From Desulfobacteraceae bacterium (lineage in GTDB: Bacteria > Desulfobacterota > Desulfobacteria > Desulfobacterales > UBA5852): a DNA stretch of 64,000 nucleotides. The notes below the pieces were generated by a model. The model did no database searches and was not told the origin of the DNA. It worked only from the letters and a program-made list of their open reading frames with translations. The DNA lies in NCBI GenBank assembly GCA_014237395.1, contig JABZFP010000019.1:64756-128755 (forward strand), given 5' to 3'. Each line of letters begins with the position of its first letter. The first letter of the stretch is position 1. Positions 29,598-37,753 of this stretch are shown one piece after another. A program made the position numbers and the translations under genes.

Positions 29598-30599
29598 ATG
29601 TTTGTTACACCTAAAGAAAATCCAATCTTTGCAAGTTTAAATAGCTATTATGTCAACATTGAACGGTTGATTGAACATTTTCAAGGTGAAGTTGGTTGCG
29701 GTGCTTTGTCTTTTAAATCTTCATCTTCGGAAGGGATATTATTTTTTGACAAAGATGAAATCCTCAATGGTATTTACTTTCAAAAAAATAATGAGTTAAC
29801 CGGATCTGAAGCGGTAGATCAACTCATTCAATTATCGGAATCCACCAATTTTTCATTGAATGTCTACCTTCTCCGGGCAGAAGATATTTACTTTTGGTCA
29901 ACGATGCCAAATGCTCAGCGCATCTATCAGGATCTTACCACGGAGTTTACCGATCTTGAAGGTTTGATCAAAAAAATGAAATCTGAAGGACTCACGGGGT
30001 TCATTGAAGTCGTCATCGGAGATGCCAATGGGGAAGGCCTGATCTTCTTCAACAATGGTCAAGTATCGGGAGGATCTTATTCTTGGGGTAGTGGTGACAG
30101 TCGGCGAGAAGAGGAAGATCAAGAAAAACTCGTTCAATTGACGAAAGACCATGGGGGCGCATTTCATGTCAGTCGCATCCCGATGGACGAAAAGAATATC
30201 GCCAGTGAAACAGATGACGATCTGAATCCAGAGGAAGTTTTAGAGAAGCCATCAACACGCATTGTTACGGCAATGGAAGAAATGATGGCTATTTTCGAAC
30301 GAACCGTTAGCGCACAAAAAAACATTCCGTCTGATTTTGCGACATTGTTAAATCGAAAATTTGTTGAGAAGGCTGACCGCTATCCCTTTTTGGATCCTTT
30401 TGCCGCTGAATTCAAATATGCCGAGGAAAAAATTAAGTTCGATGGCGATACGACGGATAAAGAACTGACACAGGGCGTTTTAGAGTCCATTAAGGAGCTT
30501 GCTGCTGAACTAGATGCGTTGACGCAATTCAAAAGCAACCTTGTGACCTGGATGAAAAAATATAGCGAAGAAGTTAAATTATTTGACATAAAGCTTTAA
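29598..30599 (+). CDS. Hypothetical protein with two PATAN/DUF4388-like segments
   Basis: Two internally similar segments: GCGALSFKSSSSEGILFFDKDEILNGIY...GSEAVDQL and LTGFIEVVIGDANGEGLIFFNNGQVSGGSY. Both resemble the TG.L.....G.I.F..G.I pattern of DUF4388. The assignment is from memory and tentative. Confidence 0.7.
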   Translation: MFVTPKENPIFASLNSYYVNIERLIEHFQGEVGCGALSFKSSSSEGILFFDKDEILNGIYFQKNNELTGSEAVDQLIQLSESTNFSLNVYLLRAEDIYFWSTMPNAQRIYQDLTTEFTDLEGLIKKMKSEGLTGFIEVVIGDANGEGLIFFNNGQVSGGSYSWGSGDSRREEEDQEKLVQLTKDHGGAFHVSRIPMDEKNIASETDDDLNPEEVLEKPSTRIVTAMEEMMAIFERTVSAQKNIPSDFATLLNRKFVEKADRYPFLDPFAAEFKYAEEKIKFDGDTTDKELTQGVLESIKELAAELDALTQFKSNLVTWMKKYSEEVKLFDIKL

Positions 30600-30795
30600 C
30601 GAATGCTGCTTGATTATGAATGTGGCTTATTGACCCCCCTAACCGTAATGAATTTATGTTGTCTCAATCGAATATCGCACGAACCTGTGCCGATAAATTT
30701 AGTCCGCGTGATGTAAGATTGAAAAGAGAGTCGTGGATAAATAACATTTCAAGACGCGGTTTAGCCGGAAAAGCAACATATGAGGCCTTGCGGTC

Positions 30796-31827
30796 ATGGA
30801 CAGTGCACATTTTTCAAGCATGGATGCTTCTTTACGCAGCTACTCAGAATTTGTAGGAAATTTACCGGTTGCTGTTTATCGCGTCACGGTTGAAGGTAAA
30901 ATCGCTTTTTGCAACGACCCCTTTGCACGAATTTTTGGTTTTGCATCAGTCAAAGATGCTATCGGTTTTCCGGAAATTAAACTTTATCGCAACAAAAAGG
31001 ATCGCGGCACATTAGTCCAAACCGTTTTGCAACATGGCCTTATTAGCGAAATGCCGGTTCCGTTCTATAAAAGGGACCGCACGCCCATATGGTGCTCGAT
31101 GACCACCAAGGCCGTATTTGATGATGACGGTGAAGTGGTATCTCTCGATGGACTTGTCCGAGATATTTCTGGCGAAATCGAAGAAGCCGATCTCAATGGC
31201 GACTTGATTGGTCGTCTCAATAGAATTGAAGACGCTGTTTTTCTGCTAGATCCACAGGGACGAATTATTCAGGCCAACGAAGTTGCTGCGGAAATTACCG
31301 GATGTCATATCGTCGACCTGCCGGGGCGCTTGTTTTCCGAATTGCTGGCTAACGAAGATCGACAGTTATTCTTTCTTTTCATTGGCGATACCAACCGAAT
31401 TGGTCGAGAAGAAATCATACTGAAATTAAAGGCTGATTCTTCGAAAGATAAATTTATTCGCATTCAAGCCGCCGTCATAAAATCTGAGGGGCGATCCCGG
31501 ACAATAAGTTGCGTTATTAGTGATGTGACGGATCGCGTCAACCAGATAAGGGAAAAAGCAAACAGGGATAAATTCCAAGGCGTACTTGAAATGGCAGGCG
31601 GTGTGGCCCATCGCTTTAACCAGCCATTGACCATTGTGACCAACATCATCAGTGAAATGCTATCCGATATCGATCCCGATGATCGACTCTACGCCAGTAT
31701 TTCCAAAGTACAGGATCAAATACACAAATTAAACGATATTGCCCGGAAAGTGGGCAATATCAAAAAATATGAAGCCATTGACTATGTCGCTGGTATAAAA
31801 ATTGTGGATATTGACCGAGCGTCATAG
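30796..31827 (+). CDS. PAS-PAS-DHp(HisKA-like) protein lacking an HATPase_c domain
   Basis: PAS1 is VAVYRVTVEGKIAFCNDPFARIFGF...IWCSMTTKAVFDDDGEVVSLDGLVRDIS. PAS2 is DAVFLLDPQGRIIQANEVAAEITG. The H-box is EMAGGVAHRFNQPLTIV. The protein then ends about 70 aa later (..KKYEAIDYVAGIKIVDIDRAS) with no N/G1/G2 boxes. Confidence 0.8.
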   Translation: MDSAHFSSMDASLRSYSEFVGNLPVAVYRVTVEGKIAFCNDPFARIFGFASVKDAIGFPEIKLYRNKKDRGTLVQTVLQHGLISEMPVPFYKRDRTPIWCSMTTKAVFDDDGEVVSLDGLVRDISGEIEEADLNGDLIGRLNRIEDAVFLLDPQGRIIQANEVAAEITGCHIVDLPGRLFSELLANEDRQLFFLFIGDTNRIGREEIILKLKADSSKDKFIRIQAAVIKSEGRSRTISCVISDVTDRVNQIREKANRDKFQGVLEMAGGVAHRFNQPLTIVTNIISEMLSDIDPDDRLYASISKVQDQIHKLNDIARKVGNIKKYEAIDYVAGIKIVDIDRAS

Positions 31828-31848
31828 GGCGGCTCAGAGGATTTATCA

Positions 31849-32877
31849 ATGATACGCAATGCTCTTTTTGTAGACGATGACCGCGAAATGCTTCAGGCTT
31901 TGAAAGAAGGCCTGGAAAAATATCGAGAGACCTTCAATGTCGTCCTGGCTGAGGATGGATTTGACGCTGTCAATAAACTCAAAAAGAATTCGATTTCTCT
32001 GGTGGTCACCGATCTCAAAATGCCGAACATGGATGGTTTCAGTTTGCTGGCCCATATCATGGAAACATATCCAGAGATCCCCGTCGTGATCATTACCGGC
32101 TATAGCACCTCCGAGATGAAACGGTTGGCCCAGGAAGGGGGCGCGGTTGGATATATAAGCAAGCCGTTCCTGATTGAAGACTTGGCCAAACACATCATGA
32201 AAACGTTGCGCAAAGAGTCGGACGGGGGAACATTGCACGGTGTTTCTTCCGGTATGTTTTTGCAGTTAATGGAAATGGAAGAAAGAACCTGCACGATTCG
32301 ATTGGTGGATAAGGCCAGCAAAAAAGGCGGTGTTCTTTTTTTCAGGGAAGGCGCCTTGTTGGACGCCCGTGTCGGTTCGATACAAGGGATTGAAGCCGCC
32401 TACATAATCTTTTCGTGGGAGGAGGTCACCCTCTCCATCCAGAACGAATGCCCACAGAAAGACAACAAGATCAATAGCGATCTTCAGCCGATTATTTTAG
32501 AAGCCATGCGGCTGAAGGATGAAGCGGATGACAATGAAGACGAAACAATCGAGGGCGACGAAGAAACGATTGAACAAATCACCTTGGATGAAAACCATGC
32601 ATCCCCGATTGAAAGAATCAAGTCGCGCCTGGATATCGAAATTGGAGAACGTTGCGGACTTGAGGATATATACCAAGACAACAGTATGAATGGTTTGGTC
32701 GAAACCCTCTCTGCGTTGGGTAGCGCCTTCAGCTTCGGTGCCATGAGACTTGGTTACATTGATCGAGGGGCGGCAACAGATACGATTTTATTGCCGGGTA
32801 ATCCATCGACCATCATAGCGGTGGACCCGAAATGTCCACGGGATAAAATTATCCAGGTATTGAGCGACACCATTTGA
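31849..32877 (+). CDS. Response regulator: receiver + PATAN/DUF4388 domain + acidic linker + unassigned C-terminal domain
   Basis: The receiver has all key residues: FVDDD, LVVTDLKMPNMDG, VVIITGYS, ISKPF. The DUF4388-like part is GTLHGVSSGMFLQLMEMEERTCTIRLVDKASKKGGVLFFREGALLDARVGSIQGIEAAYIIFSWEEVTL. It is followed by an acidic tract DEADDNEDETIEGDEETIE. Confidence 0.88.
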   Translation: MIRNALFVDDDREMLQALKEGLEKYRETFNVVLAEDGFDAVNKLKKNSISLVVTDLKMPNMDGFSLLAHIMETYPEIPVVIITGYSTSEMKRLAQEGGAVGYISKPFLIEDLAKHIMKTLRKESDGGTLHGVSSGMFLQLMEMEERTCTIRLVDKASKKGGVLFFREGALLDARVGSIQGIEAAYIIFSWEEVTLSIQNECPQKDNKINSDLQPIILEAMRLKDEADDNEDETIEGDEETIEQITLDENHASPIERIKSRLDIEIGERCGLEDIYQDNSMNGLVETLSALGSAFSFGAMRLGYIDRGAATDTILLPGNPSTIIAVDPKCPRDKIIQVLSDTI

Positions 32878-32934
32878 AATTGTTACGATCGTCATGATTG
32901 AATTGAAAAATAGATAGCTTCCGGTGCAAGGTGA

Positions 32935-33294
32935 ATGAAAAATATGAAAGACCTTTTCAATGATGTTATGGATATCAACGGCGTAAAAGGCATTGTATTG
33001 CTTTCAGGAGAAGGTAAAGTCGTTTATGATACGGATGCGAACAACAAGACCAATGCGGGAAAACCATATGCCAACTGGAATAAACTGCTTGTTTCATTAG
33101 GGGATGCGCGGGAGGCCGAATTTTTATTTGAAAAGGGTCGCCTCTATCTTCGAAAAACACATGACGGCTTTATGATCGTACGCATGCAGTTGATTGCATC
33201 CATTGCGATGGTCAAACTAAATTGTGATATTTTATTGCCACAACTTAAAAGTACAGGAAACAGCAAGGGTCTGAAGGGATTTTTTAAGCGCTAA
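32935..33294 (+). CDS. Second Roadblock/LC7-like protein (MglC-like candidate)
   Basis: AAGGTG RBS. 119 aa. INGVKGIVLLSGEGKVVYDT...EAEFLFEKGRLYLRKTHDGFMIVRMQLIASIAMVKL fits the Roadblock alpha-beta-alpha pattern. Much more diverged than the mglB product. Confidence 0.6.
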   Translation: MKNMKDLFNDVMDINGVKGIVLLSGEGKVVYDTDANNKTNAGKPYANWNKLLVSLGDAREAEFLFEKGRLYLRKTHDGFMIVRMQLIASIAMVKLNCDILLPQLKSTGNSKGLKGFFKR

Positions 33295-33432
33295 TCATGT
33301 TATGACGTTGTGTGTCCAGGAAAGTGATTTGGATGCGCGTCAGAACATGGCAATGGACGAGGTTCTAACCCAAATAAAATTATTAAATCCAGGCATTGCG
33401 TAAGCCTGATCCATCTGATTGAGAGTGAACTC

Positions 33433-35814
33433 ATGGCAAAACCGGAACAAACTGTGAAATCAGATCTTGATGCAAAAATAAACGAGGCAGAAGTTTGTCT
33501 TTCGATGGGCCTCTATGATGAAGCATTGTCGATATTTAATCAAGTGATCGATGAATATCCCGATATAGAAGAAGATAAAAAGAAGACCATAACGGAAAAA
33601 ATCGATAGTATCAAAAAAGAATTGGCGGATCAGGAGGTCAGCGAGGCGGGGAGTGTTTCTACTGAAGAAATATCAATGCTTAAAAAGTCACTCTCGGGAC
33701 AGGAAGATGCGCCGGCCATCATCGATAGTGCCTCGGCATTTAAAGATTTAGGGTTATTTGAAGAAGCACTGGCCGAATATGAAAAAATACTGGTATTGGA
33801 TCATCCCCCCGAAAGCGTTGTTCCGGATATTGTCGACTGTCTGCTCAAATTATTTTCTCCCAATGATTTGTTTGATAAAATACACAAAATTGTTGGCGAT
33901 CAACGCTTGGACACCGAAAAACGCGGCGCTTTAAAATTCCATTTCGGGCTAGAAATGGAAAAACGAGATTATCGGGATCTGGCACTTGACTTGTACGAAG
34001 AGGCGGAAAAAGAAACGCCGGATTACCCCGATTTGCAAAAACGCATTGAGACGCTTCGGTCACGACTGTCAAGCGGATCGAAGTATGACTATCTGTTGCG
34101 GCAGAAGCTAGTATCGACGGAACAGCTGCAGAAATCAGCCGCGATGTCGAAACAAACCAGGAAAAGCGTTGAAACCGTTCTCATTGAAAATTTTGGAATC
34201 AACAAAGAGGATATCGGGAAATCGTTTTCACAGTTTTATGGTTGTGCCTTCCGGTCATACGAAGAAGATCTCCAAACGCCATATGAATTGTTAGGCAATC
34301 TTAAAAAAGCCTTTCTTCTGCACGAACAATGGGTTCCCTTGAATTGGGGAAAAGATGGCGTCGTTGTTCTGGTTGCCGATCCCCGCGACCTGAACAAAAC
34401 CGATAACATCAAAGCCTTGATGAAGACCGGTAAAATTAATTTTTGTGTGGCCATTCGAGAAGATATCGAAGCCTATATCAAACGATTCTATGCAACAGAC
34501 CAGTATGGGGATATGTCCCAAGGCAGCGAGGGCCTCGATAATTTCGACGATATCCTTGACGTATCGTTTGAAGAAGAAGAAGATTTAGATGAAGCCATTG
34601 ATGAACTCGATGAAAGTTCCAGTAAGGTCGTAAAGTTAGTGGATCAGTGTCTCATTGCCGCTTATCGAAAAAATGCATCCGATATTCATATCGAACCTTC
34701 ACCGCAGACCAAATCCACCAATATTCGGTTCCGAATGGACGGCGTGTGCCAGGATTACATCAAGGTTCCCAACTCACTCGCTCGCGGCATCATTTCGCGC
34801 ATTAAAATCATGTCAAACCTGGACATTGCGGAACGCCGGTTGCCTCAAGATGGAAAAATCAAGTTCAAACGAAAGGGGATACCGCCCTTTGAACTTCGTG
34901 TGGCAACGTTGCCCACCGCCGGAGGTTTTGAAGACGCCGTGATGCGGATATTGGCTACCGCAGGCGCCATGAAGCTTGAAGATATGGGGTTGAACGACCG
35001 CAACTACAAAGTTTTAACCCAGGCCATCGACAAACCATACGGCTTGATCCTCTGTGTGGGACCCACTGGGTCCGGAAAAACAACAACCCTGCATGCCGCC
35101 CTCGGCCATATCAACAAGCCTGGCATCAAAATATGGACCGCGGAGGATCCGGTTGAAATCACCCAGTTGGGCTTGCGCCAAGTGGAAGCAAAACCCAAAA
35201 TCGGTCTTGATTTTGCACGGATAATGCGCGCTTTTTTGCGTGCTGATCCAGACGTCATCATGATCGGTGAGATGCGTGACGAAGAAACGGCATCCATCGG
35301 CGTGGAGGCATCGCTGACAGGCCACCTTGTATTTTCAACATTGCATACCAATAGTGCACCTGAAACCGTAACGCGTCTGCTGGACATGGGCCTAAACCCG
35401 CTGAACTTTTCAGATGCCTTTTTAGGTGTTCTTGCGCAACGACTTGTCAGGCGACTTTGCTCATGTAAAAAGGAATATCATCCCACGCAGGAGGAGTTTG
35501 ACCAGATTGTCGAAGATTACGGCTCTGAGTATTTTAAACATTCCGGCATCGAATATACCGCTGATTTAAAGATTGCACGTGCTGGCAGTTGCGAAAAATG
35601 TTCCGGAACGGGGTACAAGGGACGTATGGGGATCCACGAACTCATGAATGGCTCCAAAACCATTAAAAAATTGATCAAGCAGGCGGCGCCGACAGATCAA
35701 CTTTTTGCGCAGGCGATCGAGGAGGGGATGTCAACCTTGAAACAAGATGGTATTCACAAAATGTTCAAGGGCGTTACGGACATCGCGGAAGTTAAACGCG
35801 TTTGTATTGTGTAA
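33433..35814 (+). CDS. GspE/PilB-family secretion ATPase with N-terminal TPR-like region and T2SSE_N domain
   Basis: Domains in order:
- aa 1 to about 215: TPR-like helical repeats (GLYDEALSIFNQVIDEYPD, GLFEEALAEYEKILVLD, DLALDLYEEAEKETPDYPD).
- T2SSE_N-like region (LVSTEQLQKSAAMSKQTRKSVETVLIENFGI).
- Acidic linker.
- ATPase core with Walker A GPTGSGKTTT (about nt 35058-35087), Asp box DPDVIMIGEMRD, His box TGHLVFSTLHTN, and a CSC...CEKC tetracysteine. Confidence 0.92.
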   Translation: MAKPEQTVKSDLDAKINEAEVCLSMGLYDEALSIFNQVIDEYPDIEEDKKKTITEKIDSIKKELADQEVSEAGSVSTEEISMLKKSLSGQEDAPAIIDSASAFKDLGLFEEALAEYEKILVLDHPPESVVPDIVDCLLKLFSPNDLFDKIHKIVGDQRLDTEKRGALKFHFGLEMEKRDYRDLALDLYEEAEKETPDYPDLQKRIETLRSRLSSGSKYDYLLRQKLVSTEQLQKSAAMSKQTRKSVETVLIENFGINKEDIGKSFSQFYGCAFRSYEEDLQTPYELLGNLKKAFLLHEQWVPLNWGKDGVVVLVADPRDLNKTDNIKALMKTGKINFCVAIREDIEAYIKRFYATDQYGDMSQGSEGLDNFDDILDVSFEEEEDLDEAIDELDESSSKVVKLVDQCLIAAYRKNASDIHIEPSPQTKSTNIRFRMDGVCQDYIKVPNSLARGIISRIKIMSNLDIAERRLPQDGKIKFKRKGIPPFELRVATLPTAGGFEDAVMRILATAGAMKLEDMGLNDRNYKVLTQAIDKPYGLILCVGPTGSGKTTTLHAALGHINKPGIKIWTAEDPVEITQLGLRQVEAKPKIGLDFARIMRAFLRADPDVIMIGEMRDEETASIGVEASLTGHLVFSTLHTNSAPETVTRLLDMGLNPLNFSDAFLGVLAQRLVRRLCSCKKEYHPTQEEFDQIVEDYGSEYFKHSGIEYTADLKIARAGSCEKCSGTGYKGRMGIHELMNGSKTIKKLIKQAAPTDQLFAQAIEEGMSTLKQDGIHKMFKGVTDIAEVKRVCIV

Positions 35815-35843
35815 TCGATAGGAACGTCATAGCTGCTGAAACG

Positions 35844-35888
35844 GGCGAAGGTATTTTTCATCCTTGAAAAACCTTCGCCATTTTTATT
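35844..35888 (+). terminator. Strong intrinsic terminator closing the mglBA-to-ATPase gene block
   Basis: GGCGAAGG (35844-35851) pairs with CCTTCGCC (35872-35879). An inner TTTTTCA/TGAAAAA pairing extends the stem. Followed by ATTTTTATT. Confidence 0.8.
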
Positions 35889-36005
35889 GAAGCGTATCAC
35901 GGCAACGCGCATCACAATTTTTCCTCTTTGGAAAATACGAAAAGCAGAGATGCGGTCGCAACGGCGATCGCTGAATAAATCCAATCCAGGGCCTAAGCAA
36001 ACACG

Positions 36006-36707
36006 ATGACGCATGTAAATGAGGCGGAAACAGATATCGTATTTGACCAGTGGGAACGTATTCTTCGGAAAGGTGCCGCTTCGTTTGGTTTAATCTTGAC
36101 CGATCAACAGATCAAACATTTTTACGATCATGCCGTCGCCTTGTTGCAATGGTCGAAGAAGATCAACCTTACCGCCATCAAAGATCCACAAAGTGTGGCC
36201 ATCAAACATTTTGTCGATTCATTGGGGCCCGCATCCTTTGCGATCCCCATGCAACGCGTTCTCGATGTCGGCTCGGGCGGCGGGTTTCCCGGTCTGCCCC
36301 TCAAGGTGTGGAATCCATCGCTTGACCTGACCCTGATTGATGCCGTCAGGAAAAAAATAAGCTTTATCCAGCATGTCATTCGCATCCTGAAACTCACGGA
36401 CACACGAGCCATTCATGGACGGATCCAGGATCTGTCGCGCCAGGGCGGTTTCAGGCCATTTGACACAATCCTCTGCCGAGCGTTCAGTGATTTGTCCTTT
36501 ATCGTTACGCATGGGTTGCCCCTGTTGTCAAAAAATGGAAAACTCATTGTGTGGAAAGGCAAGCTGCCGGAAAAAGAAATCGAAGCGGTTCGGTTTCAGT
36601 TTCAAAATGAAAAAAGGGGTCTGGAAATAGAAACTAAACCATACCGATTGCCCATTCTCGATGCTGAGCGAACCATTGTTATCATCACAGCGCATAGGGG
36701 GAAATGA
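36006..36707 (+). CDS. rsmG: 16S rRNA (guanine527-N7)-methyltransferase RsmG
   Basis: LLQWSKKINLTAIKDPQSVAIKHFVDSL and the SAM motif VLDVGSGGGFPGLPLKV are typical of GidB/RsmG. No mnmG is adjacent. Confidence 0.88.
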   Translation: MTHVNEAETDIVFDQWERILRKGAASFGLILTDQQIKHFYDHAVALLQWSKKINLTAIKDPQSVAIKHFVDSLGPASFAIPMQRVLDVGSGGGFPGLPLKVWNPSLDLTLIDAVRKKISFIQHVIRILKLTDTRAIHGRIQDLSRQGGFRPFDTILCRAFSDLSFIVTHGLPLLSKNGKLIVWKGKLPEKEIEAVRFQFQNEKRGLEIETKPYRLPILDAERTIVIITAHRGK

Positions 36708-36710
36708 CGC

Positions 36711-37665
36711 ATTGAAACGGGATCTGCCGATAGAAAATTCCAATAAAAAACCTACCCGTTCTGCGAGAGGGCCAAAGGAAATTTTGGCCCTTTTCACAAA
36801 AGGGTTCTGTATGGGCGCTTCCGACGTGGTTCCCGGGGTCTCGGGAGGCACAATGGCCCTTATTCTCGGCATCTACGAGGAACTCATTCTATCCATTAAA
36901 GCGTTCGACTATGATTGCCTCCGCCTCGTCTTGCGCGGGCGCTTCTCACAACTCATGGATAAGGTGCCTTTGGGCTTTTTATTACCCCTTGGGATGGGCA
37001 TTCTGACGGCCATATTTTCGTTGGCGAGAGGTCTCAGCTGGCTGCTAAACGAATATCCCGTCGCGGTCTGGTCTTTCTTTTTCGGACTCGTTTTGGCATC
37101 GGCCTTTGTGGTCGGGCGTCGTATCGAAAAATGGAACTGGTCCACGCTTCTCGGTATCGTACTTTCGGCTATCGGGGCCTACGTATTGGTTGGCCTCGTG
37201 CCGATCAACACCCCCGAAACCCTTTCATTTATCTATCTCTGTGGGGCGGTGGCCATCTGCGCTATGATTTTACCGGGTATTTCAGGGTCATTTATATTGG
37301 TCCTGCTGGGAAAGTACCAATACGTGCTCGACGCCGTCGGTCGATTGGACGTGGTGGTTTTGGGGGTGTTTACGGCGGGCACGGCAACCGGTATTCTCTT
37401 GTTTGTGCGTCTTCTCAGTTGGCTTTTGAACAAGTATCATCAACTGACCATGGCGGGGTTGACCGGACTCATGATCGGTTCGTTGAGGAAAATCTGGCCC
37501 TGGAAATCCATGACAGAACTTGTCACCAATGATGCGGGAAGTGGTGTAACGTTGGCCCGCAACATGTTGCCCCACCAGATGACCGCGGAGGTTTATGTCG
37601 CAATTGGATTGGCACTGTTGGGGGGGCTTGCGGTTGTATTGCTCCAACGCCTTGCCGAGAAATAA
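36711..37665 (+). CDS. DUF368 family membrane protein
   Basis: KGFCMGASDVVPGVSGGTMALILGIYEEL is the DUF368 signature, and the protein is polytopic. The start is uncertain: I chose TTG 36711 just after the rsmG stop, whereas the ORF-track start 36661 overlaps rsmG. Confidence 0.8.
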
Positions 37666-37753
37666 TGCCAATAGAATTAATATGATGCAGCGGTGTTAAG
37701 GCAATGCTGGCATTGGCCAGTTTGGGAACGACGGCATCTGCCTTCAGGCCGAC

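Noticed and set aside
25277-36005. Mobile-element hallmarks at the borders of the AT-rich island (integrase, transposase, tRNA target, flanking direct repeats).
   Set aside because: I looked through both border regions and all ORFs and recognised none. The island is therefore called compositional only, not a mobile element.
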